Of a stretch of 64,000 nt of DNA, positions 38,524-52,309 are shown piece by piece; positions within the stretch are counted from its first letter, which is position 1, and the number at the start of each line of letters is the position of its first letter. The notes beneath the pieces are model-generated. The model worked only from the letters and a program-made list of their open reading frames with translations, had not been told where the DNA came from and made no database searches. This DNA is from the human T2T-CHM13v2.0 reference genome, Homo sapiens. The stretch is from the NCBI RefSeq assembly GCF_009914755.1, contig NC_060926.1; one strand, given 5' to 3'. The position numbers and the translations under genes are program-made.

Positions 38524-38858
38524 TTTTTATTTGTTTTTGAGACAGGGTCTTGCTGTGTCACCCAGGCTGGAGTGTAGTGGTGTGATCGTAGCTCACTGCA
38601 GACTCAAACTCCTGAGCTCAAGCAATCCTCCTGCCCCGCCTTCTGAGTAGCTAGGACTACAAGGTGCATGTCACCATGTCCAGCTAATTAAAAAAACAAA
38701 ACAAAACAAAACAAAACAATAAAAAAAAAACAACTGTGTGCAGACAAGGTCTCTCTATATTGCTCAGGCTCGTCTTGAACTCCTGGCCTTAAGCGATTCA
38801 CTCACCTCGGCCTCCCAATCACTCCTGGGATTACAGGCATGAGTGACCACACCCAACC
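38524..38858 (-). mobile_element. AluJ with expanded linker
   Basis: gagacagggtcttgct...gtgatcgtagctcactgcag...ctcaagcaatcctcctgcc. Confidence 0.92.
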
Positions 38859-38871
38859 TGGCTCTTTTAAA

Positions 38872-39170
38872 TTGTTGTTTTTGTTTGTTTGTTTTCCGGA
38901 GACAGAGTCTCGCTCTGTCACCCAGGCTGGAATGCAGTGGCGCTATCATAGCTCACTCAGCCTTGCACTCCTAAGCTTAAGCGATCCTTCCACCTCAGTT
39001 TTCCAAGTAGGTGGGACTACAGGAGTGCACCACCATGGCCAGCTACCTTTTTAAAAAAAAGTTTTTTGTAGAGACAGGGTCTTGCTATATTGCCCAGGCT
39101 GGTCTCAAGCAATCCTCCCACTTCAGGCTCCCAAAACTCTGGAATTACAGGAGGAGGTGGGTGCCCAGCC
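38872..39170 (-). mobile_element. AluJ with small internal deletion
   Basis: atcatagctcact...aagcgatccttccacctcag...ggtcttgctatattgcccaggctggtctcaa. Confidence 0.92.
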
Positions 39171-42042
39171 TCATAGCAGTCATGTTTTTTGCCTAAGAAT
39201 TTATCATATTTTTAATGTTTTACTTACTAATTTTAAAAGCTTTTCTTATATATAAAATATTCATGCTTCAATAATCTTGAAACTATTTTGCTCAAGTTGT
39301 CATTTGTCTTCCAAATTTTTCATGTAATCAAATTCTTTTTCTTTTTGCTTTTTTAAATTTTTTATCTTTTTACTTTAAGAAAAGTTTTACGATTCCCATG
39401 TCAATTAAATGTCTGTCTATATTTTTTCTCATTTCGCAGTCTTCTGTATCTATGTACATTTATCCTATGTAAAAGGAGATTTATTTTAAAACTAGGAGCT
39501 ACTTTGAAAGTAATGAACATCTTTGTCATGTATAATCATTGTATCCAAAACCATAGGGTTTATTCAGAATTTCTACATCTTCCCATGAAATTACATAGTT
39601 TTCTTCCCATGGGTCCCAGGCCTTTCTTGTTATTGTTGAGCATAGGACCCTGTTTCCTTTTGCTGCTGAGATTTTTCTTTTTACCCCTTTATACCTTTTT
39701 AACAGGATATGGCTAGCATTTGGGAAATCTAGTGATTGTTGCCAATTTGTTTCATATAAGGCAACTTTGCTGAACTTTCTTATTAATTCTAAAAGATTTT
39801 CCATCCATGATCTAGGGTTTTCTAGCCATGTAATCACACCATTTGCAAATGGTGGTTAGTACGCCTCCTCCTATCAGATTGTTACTCCACTACTTTCTTT
39901 TGTTTTTGTTCTTACAGTGTGAGTGGGCATTCTTGTTTTATTTCTGCTATTTAATGGAGTTTTTTTTGTATTTTATTATTAACTGATATAAAATGTTGGT
40001 ATGAGTGTGGTATTCTTATAATATTAAAAAGTATCCTATGATTCATGGCTTCCTAAATATTTTTAAAGCAAAAGTCGTTGTTTAATTTTGTCTACTGACC
40101 TCTTAACATCTAGTGAGATTAGCACAAGTAATACTATCCTGTCATGTTTCCTTGATTATAAAATACACTGTAATTTGAGACATGCTGAAACATGAAAAAG
40201 AAAGGTACATTTTAGAATGGAGATAGATGTCCTCAATATTAAACCATTAAGAATGGGCTCGACTACTTCAAGGAGAAATGTGCTTTTTATTTTATTATGT
40301 TGTTGAGTTTGGTTTGTTCAACTTTAATGTGGCATTTTAAAATATAATCACTTATGATATTATTTTGTGGTTCTTTTATGTATTATATTTACAGGGTTTT
40401 TTATATATTCACTACTTTCATAAAAAGAATTACTTAGCTTCCCCATTATTTTTTCCTCAGGAATTGTTTATATAGCATGAGAATTATGCTCCTTGAAAGA
40501 CTGAAGTATCAAACTGGTAAAAGTTTCTTGTCCCATTGTTTAAGAAATAGTATTTTAATAAATTATTTTCATGTTTATTGAGCTCTTCTGATTTTCCCTT
40601 TCTTTAAAGTTGACCTTTTATATTTTTCTGAAAAAATTATCATTTCCTTTGAGATTTTGGTTGACAAAGAAATATAAACAATATTTGCTTCATCTTTTAA
40701 AAAATATCTGTATCCTTTGATTTATCACCTTTCTTTTATTTGTGTTATTTATATTTATGAGAAACTTGTCTCCTTTTTAAAGCACAAGCCATTATATTTA
40801 CTTTTTGTGTCTTTTATTCATTCTTAATCCTATAATCTTTCTTTCCTGGGCTGTTTTACTTGTTAGATCTTAATAACTTTTGACATTGACTACTGATTGA
40901 TTTAGCTTAGTTTTATTATGTAATTATGCTATTATTATGTTATTTAAAGCCATGAATGACAGTCATGTCACTCACAATCTGGTACATATTTTATACTTTC
41001 ATTGTAGATTTCACCTTTCATCATTATAAAGAAAACTAGTCATGTTATATTCTGAAATGCAATATTTTCATATTTATTATTTTCTAAAAAAATTGTTCAT
41101 TATTTTTTAAATAGCCTGCTTTGATTTCCTTTTTGAATAAATAATTATTTAGATGTGTGTGTATTTTTTTAGTTGCTACCTTAGGGTTTTGGTTGCATAT
41201 TTCTTTCTCTGTGTGTTCCCCATTCTTCTTACATTTTTAGCTTTTCTACAATGCAGCTGCAAAATTTTTGCCTTTGAGAAGGTTTTAATTTATTTTTGTT
41301 TTGAAGGGCCTATTGTGTGATCAATTTGATGTGTTTTATGCATGTTTAAAAAGAAGATGCAACCTATTGGTAAGGTATAAAAGCATTTATTATACTAATT
41401 AATGTGGTCTTTTAAATTGTAAAGACTCTCGGTATATTTATTTGTACTGCACAGCAACTCCTAAATACCAGAAGAAGCATTTCTCACAGTTAGAAACTTG
41501 TGTTCCTCTACTATATCTCCCATTTTTGCTTTTTATAGTTCATGACAGTCATGTGGTATATACTGGTATATACTACGTTGATATTTTCATTGTAAATTTC
41601 ACCTTCCAGCATTATAAAAGGACTCTTTATATCCTATGTAACACAATTTGCCCTGCAATCTACTTTGTGTGAAAGTTATATTGTCACCCTGATTTCCTTT
41701 GGTTTACATTTCCCTGGTAAATCTTTTCCATTTTTTAATTTTATTTGATGATATTTTATTTTTAATAGAAGGTAGGTCATTTATTTTTATAGTCAAAATG
41801 ATATGCTTTGTCATCTGCCATTGCAGACATTTCAGCTTTTGCTTTTGCATTCCCTTTACTCTTTTCTTTTGTTTGTTATTAGGATTATACTTTTTTTAAC
41901 TTTTTAAAAAAACATTTTGTCATTAGGATTATATAATATATAATTAGTACATTATAAATGATATATGTGCTATTTTTATTTATATCAATAGTTACCTTTA
42001 ACCATTTTTTAGATGATTTTTTCACCATATGTGTTTCTAATT

Positions 42043-42300
42043 TTAAATGGTCCCTGACTTACAATGGTTCAACTTACAATTTTTCAACTTTACAATGGTG
42101 TGAAAGCTATATCACTTTAGCTTGGTTTTAAATAACACAATAATACCATAACTACATAATAAAAACTAAAATAAACCAATTAGTAGTCGATGTTGAAAGT
42201 TATTAAAATATAGCATTCAGTACGCTCCTTTTTTATGATGAGGTTAGGTCAGGATAAGCCCATGCAAGTTGAAAATATCATAAGTCAAAAATACACTTTA
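42043..42300. mobile_element. Tigger4/MER46-family remnant
   Basis: atggtccctgacttacaatggttcaacttacaatttttcaactttacaatggtgtgaaagc; aagttgaaaatatcataagtcaaaaat. Confidence 0.75.
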
Positions 42301-42514
42301 GTGTTTCCAATAAAAACAGTCAAGCATCTGTATTAATATTTTTACTCCTTTGACTCCCTGATTCAGAAAAAATAATTTATGTATTTACTGCCTTGAATTT
42401 GTGCCCCACTTCCACTTTCCAATCTTTTATGTAGTCTTGAGTTTAGACACAATCATTCTTTATATTTTCTTTCAGTTTGGCAAGGAGGCTTATAAAAGCT
42501 ACTTAAACCTGATT

Positions 42515-42965
42515 GCATTAATTCATTTATTTATTCAATAAATATATACTGAAAGTATACTATAGACCAGGTACTAGGGATAAAACAGTTAACAAGATTG
42601 ACAAAATCCTGACTTCATGGAGCTTAAATTCTGGTGCAGAAGATGGACAATATATTTGTAATAAGCATTAAATTAACAAAATAATCCAGCTAATGATTAC
42701 TGCAGTGAAGGAACAACAACAACAGCAACAAAAATCCCAGAATAATGGAATAAAAGAACTAGAGTGTCATTACCCTGGATGATTGGGAAAACCTCTTTGA
42801 GAAGATAATATCTGAGCAGTCAGTTGAATTCTCAAAAAGGGCCAGTCATGTGTCAATCTGGGGAAGAACTTCCAGGACGGAGGAGTAAGTGACAGCCTGG
42901 CATAATTTAGAAAAAGAAGAAGAAAAGACAATAAGGTCAAAGAACAATGAGATATGAGGATGGTG
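42515..42965 (-). mobile_element. L2a-like 3' region
   Basis: attcatttatttattcaataaata...ggtactagggataaaacag...tcatggagctta. Confidence 0.85.
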
Positions 42966-44211
42966 GTTGGCATCTCTGGTGCAGCTTATTGATGCCACGT
43001 TGAGCAATAAAAACCTTGATCTCTAAGAAGCAGTGTTGTGTTTTTCAATCTGCCTGATGGGTCACTGAGGAACTGGCACAGTGACTGGCCATTATTCCAA
43101 CCCCCATGGACTGAGCAGCTTCCTGGTCAGTGTCTATTCAAGAATTTTAAAAGACAGAACAAGTTTCAAATTTATTTTCTCTTTTCTTATTAGATCATGT
43201 CACTGGCTGACTGCAGATGTCATGTAAAAGAGACTTTAGTGACCACACATGACAGGAAATATTGTCCTTTCAAAAATGGTTTGGAAAAGTCACTAAACAC
43301 ATGTGTAATTGTACTCCCTAACAAGCAACATCAGCAATATCTGGAAAGGAGGGTCTTATTTCCAGAGTTACCACATTACAATATTCAAAATGTCCAGTTC
43401 TCAGCAAAAAATTCAAAACACACAAAGAAATAAGAAAAGAAGGAACCAACAGAAGATATCCCAGAGGAAGCCCAGACATTAAACATACTAGACAAAGACT
43501 TTAAATTAACTGTCTTAAATATGCTGAAAGAATTGAAGAAAACCATGGACAAGAACTAAAGAAAATTAGAAAAACAAGGTATGAACAAGTAGGAAATTTC
43601 TATTTAAAAAATCAAATAGAAGATCTTAAGTTTAAAAGTACAGTAGTTGAAATAAAAATTGTTATAGAGGATCAACAGCAGATATGAACAAACAAAAGAA
43701 GGAATCAACAAAACTGAAGATAGGGTGATTAAAATTATCTGATATGTGAAGTAGAAAGAAAAAAGAATGAAGAAAATAAACAAAGCCTATGAGACCTGTC
43801 AAGTATACTAATATATGGGTTTTGAGACTCCCAGAAGGAGAAGAGATAGAGAAAGGAAACAACAAGATATTTAAAGAAATAATGGCTGAAAACTTTCCAA
43901 ATTTATGGAAGACATGAATATACATGTCAGAGAACTTCAATAACTCTAAGTAGAATAAACCCAAAGAGATTGACACCAATACACATTGTAATAAACTGTC
44001 AAAAGACAAAGAGAAAATCTTGAAAGGCACGAGAGAGAAGAGACTGATATTGTTCAAATGATTTTCAATAAGATTAACAGTGAAATTTATTGTCAGAAAT
44101 CATGGAGGCTAGAAAGAAATGGGATGATATATTTAAAGTGCTATAAGAAAAAAATACTGTCCACAAAGAATTCTATATCTGACAAAACTATCCTTCAAAA
44201 ATGCAAGGGAG

Positions 44212-44445
44212 TAGAAATAAGTTGAAGAGATCTATCGTACAACATAGTGATTATTGATAATAACAATGTATTCTTGAAAATCACTAAAAGTAATTTTAAG
44301 TGTTTCATTACAAAAAAAGGTAAGTATGTAAACTAATGCATATATTAATTAGTTTTATTTAGGTATTACACAGGTATATACTTTTTGAAACATTGTGTAC
44401 ATAAAAATATGTATAATTTTGTCAATTTTAGAAATTTTTTTAAAA
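44212..44445 (+). mobile_element. L1MA-type 3' end inserted in the older L1
   Basis: gaaataagttgaagagatctatcgtacaacatagtga...aataacaatgtattcttgaaaat...tgtcaatt. Confidence 0.8.
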
Positions 44446-45745
44446 AGAGACATTAAGACAGGTAAACAACACTAAAGGTGTTTATTGCTAGCAGTCCTGT
44501 TCTATAAGAAAAGCTAGAAGTAGTCCTACAGGTTGAAATGAAAGGACACTAAAGTAACTCAATGTAATAAAGAAATAAAGATCTGATAAAGATAAATACA
44601 TAGATAAATAAAGCTAATATTATTGTACTTTTGGTTTGTAATTCCTCTTTTTCTTCCAATAGGGTTTAAAGACTTTAGTACTCCACTTCAATAATGGACA
44701 GAACATCTAGACAAATGATCAAGAAAGAAATGGAGGAATTAAGACATTATAAACTGACTATGTCTAACACATATACAGAACACTCTCCCAACAACAGCAG
44801 AAAACACATTCTTTTGCAGTACACATGGAACATTCTCCAGGATAAACTATATGTTAGATCATAAAACAATTCTCAATTAATTTAAAAAGACAATCATAAA
44901 AAGCATTTTCTCTGACCATGATAGAATAAAGCCAGAAATCAATAATAGAAGAAAAACTGGAAAATTCACAAGCATATGAAAATTAAACCATACTCAAACA
45001 ACAAATGAGTCAAACAGGAAATACTAGGAAAATTAAAGATGAATAAAAATGGAAGTGCAATATACCAAAATATATGAGATGCAGCAAAAACAGTGCTCAG
45101 AGGGAAATTTATAGCTGTAAATGCCCACAATAAAAAAGAAAGCTCTCAAATCAACAACCTAACTTTACACCTGAAATAATTAGAAAAAGCTAAATCCCAA
45201 GCCAGCAGAAGGATTAAAATAATAAATATTAGAGCATATATAAATAAAATGGAGAAAAGGCAAATAATAGAGAGAATTTTTAAAAAATAAAAACAAAATC
45301 TGGTTCTTTGAAAAGATAAAAATTTGGCAAACTGTTAGCTAGATTGATGAAGAAAAAAAGAAAGAAGACATAAATAACTAAAATCAAAAATTAGAGTGAG
45401 GATATTACTACTAACTTTACAGAAACTAAAAGAATTAGAATATTATAAACAATTAGGGACCAAAAAATTACATAAACTAGAGGAAATAACAAGTTCCTAG
45501 AAACACACAAATTACCAATACAGATGCAAGGAGAAATAGAAAATATCAAAGCACCTATGATAAGCAAAGACATTGAATGAGTAATCAAAATTAGCATTTA
45601 AAAACCTCTGCTAAATGAAAAATCTAGGACTCAAGAAAATATTAGCAAATTAATTGAACAGCTCATTAAAAGGATTATACATATGACCAAATAGCACTTA
45701 CTCCAGGAATGTGAGGGAGGTTCAACATAAGGACAGGTTAATCAA

Positions 45746-46049
45746 GCCAGGTGTGATGGTGTGTGTGCTCCTGTAGTCCCAGCTACTTAGGAGGCTGAGG
45801 CAGGAGGATTGCGTGAGGCTGGCCTCAAGTTTGAGAACAGTCTGGGCAACATAGCAAGATCCTGTCTCCAAAAAACCTTTTTTTTTTTAATTAGGTATGG
45901 TGGCAGTACCTGTAGTCCCAGATACTTAGAAGCCTAAAGTGGGAGGATCACTTGAGTCAGGGAGTTGAAGGCTGCAGTGAGTTATGATCAGGCCACTACA
46001 CTGTAGCCTGGGTGACAGAATGAGACCCTATCTCTAAATAAATAAAAAA
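45746..46049 (+). mobile_element. AluJ-type dimer with FLAM-like left arm
   Basis: TSD ttaatcaa (45738-45745 / 46050-46057); both arms carry cctgtagtcccag. Confidence 0.9.
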
Positions 46050-47151
46050 TTAATCAATGTAACACAACATGTTAGACTAAATGGAAAAAACGTAATCATC
46101 TCAGTAGATGCGGAAAAAAATTTCACAAAATTGAACACCGTTTTGTGGTTTTTAAAAATGTTTCTGCAAACTAGCAATGGGAAGGAATTTCTTCCATTTG
46201 ATAAAGGGCATATATCAAAACCCCATAACAAACATCGTACTTAATAGTGAAAGACTGAAGTGTTTCCCATAAGATCAGAAATAAGACAAGGATGCTCATT
46301 CTCACCACTGCTATTCATCATTTTACTAGAAGTTCTAGCCAGAGCAGTTAGGCAGGAAAAAGAAATAAAAGGAATCCAAATTTGAAAGAAAGAAGCAAAA
46401 TATGTTCTACCTGTAGATGACATGATTCCACATATAGAAAATCCAAAAGAAGACATATACACACAAAATACTAGAGGCAATCAACAAAATCAGCAAAGCT
46501 GCAAAAATCAGTTGTTTTTCTATATATTAGCAATGAACAATCCAAAAAGAAAATTAAGAAAATAATTCCATTTACAATAGCATCCAAAAGAATAACATAC
46601 CTAGCAATAAATTTAACCAAGAAGGTAAAAAACTTGTATATTAAAAACTACAAATCACTTCTGAAAGAAAATTTAAAAGACCTAAATAAATGGAAATGTA
46701 TATGAATTTCATAGAAGACTTAATAATGATAAAATAACCATATTTGTAGATTGATGAAACCCCATCAAAATTCCAAAGGCCATTTTTGCAAAAATAAAAA
46801 AGCTAACTTTCAAATTTATATGGAATTGCAAGGAATCCCGAATAATCAAAACAACACTGAAAAAGAAAAACAAAGTTGGAGGAATCACACTTCTTGATTT
46901 CAAAACTTACTACCAAAATACAGTGACCAAAACCATGTGATACTAACATAAGGCTAGACATATAGACCAAAAAAATAGAATTAATGTTCAGAAATAAACC
47001 AAACATCTATGACTAGTTGATTTTTTTACCAGGGCACCAAGACTATTCATGAATAGAATAATCTCTTCAACTGGTGATGGGATAACTAGATAATGCCATG
47101 CCAAAGAATGCCACTGGACCCCTACCTTGCTCCATATACAAAAATTAACTC

Positions 47152-47430
47152 TAGATAGTCCCCAGATAGCCAACCTGGTTTTCCCCCTTATTTCCCTCAT
47201 GTATGTAGTTCTCAGAACAAATGTAGAATATGCTAGAAATGGCAATATGCTGAGAGAAGCAGGAAATACCCAAAACAGCCCAGCCTTGTTCACGTCCTTC
47301 CTAAGAAAGATAACATCTTGACTTAAGGAAGAACTGCCAGAGACAGCCAGGACTTTGTTCCTCTCCCTGGAAACAAGGTTTACTTCAAAGCTTTGACCGG
47401 TGAGTCCTGTTGTCCCTGAAGTATATAAAT
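47152..47430 (+). mobile_element. Truncated ERVL-class LTR (MER54/MER74-like) inside L1 ORF2
   Basis: tgtagaatatgct...aaaacagcccagccttgttc...aacatcttga...ggaactgcc-like repeats, ending at gtatataa. Confidence 0.6.
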
Positions 47431-48619
47431 ATGAGTTAAAACTATATAACTATTAGAATAAAATGTAGAAATAAATCTTTATGACTTCAAATTTGGCAAT
47501 GGATTCTTAGGTTTTTATACCAAAAGCACAAGCAATGAAAGAAAAAAGTAGATAAATTGGACATCATAAAAATGAAAAAAATTGTACATCAAAGGACACA
47601 ATTAACAGAGTGAAAGGCAAACTACAGATTGAGGGAAAATATTTGCAAACCACATATCTGATAAGGGGTTAATATCCAAATTACATAAAGAACTCTTACG
47701 ATGCACCAACAAAAAGATAAACAACCCAACTTAAAATGAACAGAATTTGAATAGACATTGCTACAAATGGCCAGCAAGCACACACAAAGATGTTCAACAT
47801 TTTCAACATTATTGGCCATTAAGGAAATGCAAATCAAAACCACAATAATATATCACTTCACTTTTACTAAGGTGGCTATAATCCAAAAAACTGAAACAAA
47901 AATAGCATGTGTTGGCAAAGATGTGGAGAAATTTGAACTCTTGTACATTGCTAGCCGAATGTAAAATAATGCAGCCACTGTGGAATACAGCTTGGCAGTC
48001 TCTCAAAAAGTAAACAGATAGTTAAGAATAAGCATAAGCATATGGATCATAGTTATTGTATGCTCCAGCAATTCTACTCCTAGAGTATGTATCCAAGAGA
48101 AATAAAAATATGTCCACAGGAAAACTTCCACATAAGTGTTTATGGCAGTATTATTCATAAGAGCCAAAAGATGGAAACAACTCCAATGTCCATCAATGGG
48201 TGAATGGATAAACAAATTTCGGTATAAACATATAATGGAATATTATTCAACTATGAAAAGAAAGAAAGTACAGACACGTGGTATAACATAGATGAGCCTC
48301 AGAAACCTTATGTTAAGTGAAAGAAGCCAGACACAAAAGGCCACATAGTGTATCAATGCTTTTATATGAAACATTCCAGAATAGACAAATTTATAGAGAG
48401 AAAGCAGATTAGTGGTTGCTAGGGGATGCAAGGGGTAGAAGACAGTAAGATGGGGAATTGCTATTTTATGGGCAAGGGATTTTCCTCTGGAGTGATGAAA
48501 AAGTTTTGAAATTAGAGATGGTATTGTGAATGCACTAAATGCCACTTAATTATACTCTGAAACAGTTAACTGTTACGTGAATTTTACCTCAACTTTTAAT
48601 AACTACATATGAGTTTGCT

Positions 48620-49027
48620 ATTTTGTAGTTGTGGAGGTCAAGTCCAAAATCAGTTTCACTGGGCTAAAGCCAAGTTGTCAGAGGAGCTGATTCCTTCTGG
48701 AGGCTCTGAGAGGAAAATCATTTCTTTGCCTTTTTCAGCTTCCAGACACTGCTTACATTTCTTTGAGTCATGACCTGTATCTCACATTACTCCAACCTCT
48801 TGCTTGCATTGAGTTACATCTCCTACTACTCTTGCTCATTCTGATTCTTCTGCCACCTTCTTATTAAGGATCCTTATGATTACATTAGGCCTGGATAATC
48901 TCCCATCTCAAAATTCTTAATTGAATCACATCTGTAAAGTCCCTTTTACCAAATAAAGTAATATATTCACAAATTTCAAGCATGAGGAAATGGACATCTA
49001 TCGGAGACCATTATTCAGCCTGCTACA
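48620..49027 (-). mobile_element. MaLR LTR (MLT1D/E-like), partial
   Basis: aagtccaaaatcagtttcactgggctaaa...ttccttctggaggctct...atcacatctgtaaagtccctttt...ccattattcagcctgctaca. Confidence 0.87.
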
Positions 49028-49934
49028 AGGGCCAGAGATCTCAATGTGGGAGTCTTGTCCATAAGGATGCCCTTTAAAGCACAACAGAAGAGTATGAATA
49101 CCCAACACCTCCTTTTATATTGACTGCCTCATTACCAAGGTCTTATTTTTGATTCATCACTCTTTGAAAGAAAGACACAGTGGTTATATTGTCTAATTTC
49201 TCTAGTACATGGACATTAAAATTCTTGACTTACAATGTTTTCCTTGAAAAGATTTACAAACATCGTTCTATTGTTTTCTGTCATCCACTACAGCAGAGAA
49301 TAAGGATGAAGTCAGAAAAATTTTTGTTAACTTGTAGTCAGGAAAACTGATTATTTTGTGTGGGGGTAAGGCATGGATGCCTTCGGTTATTTCATTTCCA
49401 AAAGTTTGGCAATAGGTATCTAAGAATGGCTTTCTTAGTTAATGTTACCTGATACTGCAAGCCCCTCTGATATGTCCATTCCAGTATTTCTGTTCAGCAG
49501 GGGAGTTTCTTCATTTATCCAAGACATTTTTTAAGGTCTATGACAATGGCAAAGAGAGATTAAGGCCTTGAACTCACAGCACTCATATTCAAATGATAGT
49601 AAACAAAATAGTAACTTATATAATTTCAAGTGGGGATATAAATGGTGAAGGGAAATGAAGAGAGTAGAGGAAAAGATAGTAATGAGAGCAGCAGTACTCT
49701 CTCAGATGGGGACACTGAAAACCATTTAGACATAAGTCCTAGGCTGGAGAGCTGGTGGTGAACAAAGTAGGCTGCTTGGAACTGGGAAGTTAAAAATAGT
49801 AATTGTATTTAAGATTGTTGCTGATCTAATTACTTGCTTTTTCTTACTGATGGTTAAGTTCTTGAGTTTAATTGTCATCTTCTGTCTTCCATGTCTGTAA
49901 TCTTCTTGTTCATTGTTTCTATGTATTTATCAAA

Positions 49935-50150
49935 TATAGCATTTGCTATATGCTAACCCCTGGTTTAAGCACTATACCAATAGAAGTTGATTTAATTTAA
50001 ATATAAATCCCTTTGAGGCAGGTACTGTTATTAGTCCCATTTTACAGTTGAGGACACCAAGAAGTTATGTAACTAGCCCAATGTCACACTGCTAGTGTAA
50101 ATAGAGTCAGGATTTGCACCCAGGGAGTACATCTTCAGAGTCCATACTCC
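49935..50150 (-). mobile_element. MIR SINE
   Basis: gaggcaggtactgttattagtcccattttacagttgaggacacc...ggatttgcacccagg. Confidence 0.85.
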
Positions 50151-51487
50151 TGATTCTACCTATGTTGATTCTCCACTTATCGCTGTGTCAATTTTTCTCT
50201 CCAATCTGGAAAAAACAAACTAGTTTGTCATCAATATCATTGCTTCAGTCTTCTGCATTGTCAATTTTGATATTTTCTGTCTTCAGTGAGGATTAAATTA
50301 TTCAATTGTATGTTTAATTTCTTTTGCATTTTCATTATTACCATTTCAGGCTATTTCCTCCTCATAATTTTTGTTCCTGTTTCATGGAAGCCAAAACTTC
50401 ATGCATCCTTCAGAGGATTTCAAGAAGTTTCTCAATGTTTTATTCATCACTTCTTATGCAATCTTTTTAATATGTTCCATGTTGGGCTTTTCCTGTTCTC
50501 CAGTCTTAAAATTAAAAGAGATGCATCCAGACTTAGTGTTTGCCAGTAGGTGTGGTGTGTGTAATTCCCTTCATCCCACTTGCTGACAACCTTGATTTTG
50601 GTAAAACCCCGTCCTAGTATATATTAAATAGTAAGAAGGCAGGAAAATACCCACAGCTATCCAGAGCTCCATGGGTGTAGCAGATGCTCACCTAGTACAG
50701 CCGTACTGCAGAAATGCCATTTTTGTATTTCCTGGCTCATAAAGACTCTAAAATAATGAAGTATGCCCAAATTAAGTCCAGCATGCAATGCTACTAGTTC
50801 TTTCTACCTGCAGAGCTTTACTCTCTGAAACTACTTCTTCCATGTAATAATATAAACATCCATTATCCATATTTCCTTCCTTCTCTGAAGTTTTATTGGA
50901 GTTTTATTCTCTCAGGAGACATGGAAAGGAGAATTATTGGGTGGGAGAAGAGGGAAACCATATTCTGACATGTCAAAGAACAATCAAACAGGAGAAGATA
51001 TAGGTGTTTAGGTGGTGGGCTCCAGTTCTGATTGTTCACAGCAGCCTCTACTTTGAGGGCTGGTGACTGTGTGGTCATGGTCATTAAATATTTTGAATAT
51101 CACCCCTGGATAGAAACATATTCTACATGAGATCAAGGTTCCTTTAGGCAAAGCATATGTCGGCCCCCAACTGCAGTTCTCATTTTAGTTTTATAGGTCT
51201 TGTGATCTTTGTGGGTATTCTCACAGATTCTGATAGTACATTGGCTATCATCTTTGTTGTCGGTGTGGTTCATTCATTCCCCAAATACTAATTAAGAAAT
51301 TACAATGAGCCAAGCACTGTGCTAGACCCTGGGGCTACAATTCTGAGCCAACAATGCATGCCTCTGTTCCCACAAATTTTCATCTTATGTCTTCATAGTT
51401 GGAATCTGGAGAACTTTCCAGAACTGCTATCCAGAAATCATTTTAAACTGGAAAATGATAATGCTCTTCTAATGAGAATCATCAGCA

Positions 51488-51680
51488 AAGCAGGATGAAA
51501 AATAGTAAAAAGCACTGGGCTGGAAATCAGACAGCTTAAGTTCTCATCCTTGATCTGCCACTAATATCTGGGAGCTTTGTGTGACTCACAACCCCTCACA
51601 GTCTCCGTTTCTATGTGTAAAATGACTGGGTTGAACCAGGTTCTCTCTAAGATCCCTTCCAGCCATAAAATTCTATGTTC
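51488..51680 (+). mobile_element. MIR3-like SINE
   Basis: aaagcactgggctggaaatcagacag...tctctaagatcccttccagccataaaattctatg. Confidence 0.8.
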
Positions 51681-52309
51681 CCAAGATAAATGTTCTTCCG
51701 ATTAAAGTGGATGTTTTGAAAGCCATTTTTTATCAGTGGATCTCAAACCTTATGCTTACCAATACAGTAGTCTGATTCTCCTGACCCTCTTTATACCATT
51801 CCTAATAAGAAATGTACCAGCCATATGTGAAACACATGGGGTCTGTCCAAAGGCCATGAAAGACACATAAATTTCACAAGTGAAAGATGCAAAACACATG
51901 TTGACACATCTCAAATCCACATGTACATTTTGGTTACGGTTTAATGGTAGTTAATTTTGAAGGTTCTTCAGAAGTCCATTTAAGATACTTCTACAGAAGT
52001 GGCTTTTAGTTGGGGCCCAAAAGGTCCTTGTGTAAAAACAAGTAAAGTTGTCTAAATTTTTGGGAGGTAGCCAGGGAAATGGAAGCCTTCTGAAGTTGGT
52101 CGTAGAGTTAGGCATTTCACACCTTGCAGCATCGTGATAAAGTCAGGATAAAACAGAAGGCTAAGCGAATATCAAACTTAGGGGTCTGCAGGCTCACCTA
52201 TGAACCCACAGTGAAAAGACACAGCTGGGCCATCTGCTTTGGCCATCAGCCCTTATTTGGGGCTGTCTTCCAGAATTTTGCATGTGCTGACCACACAAGT
52301 GTAAGTTCA

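Larger units (their letters stand above)
37570..42030 (-). mobile_element. Highly decayed L1ME-type LINE with later insertions
   Basis: T-rich strand bias; recognisable ORF2 antisense blocks such as gcaactttgctgaac...gttttctag...catttgcaaat; extent approximate. Confidence 0.6.
43010..48595 (+). mobile_element. Long decayed L1MB/L1MC-type LINE (5' region, ORF1, internally deleted ORF2, 3' UTR)
   Basis: ORF1-like gaaataatggctgaaaactttccaaattt; EN-like acatggaacattctccaggata; RT-like acaaggatgctcattctcaccactgctattca and gtagatgacatgatt (DD motif region); 3' end gtgaattttacctcaa; many stops and frameshifts. Confidence 0.9.

Noticed and set aside
43010-48595. Possible active or domesticated L1
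   Set aside because: Numerous stops, frameshifts, internal deletions and nested insertions; no long sense ORF
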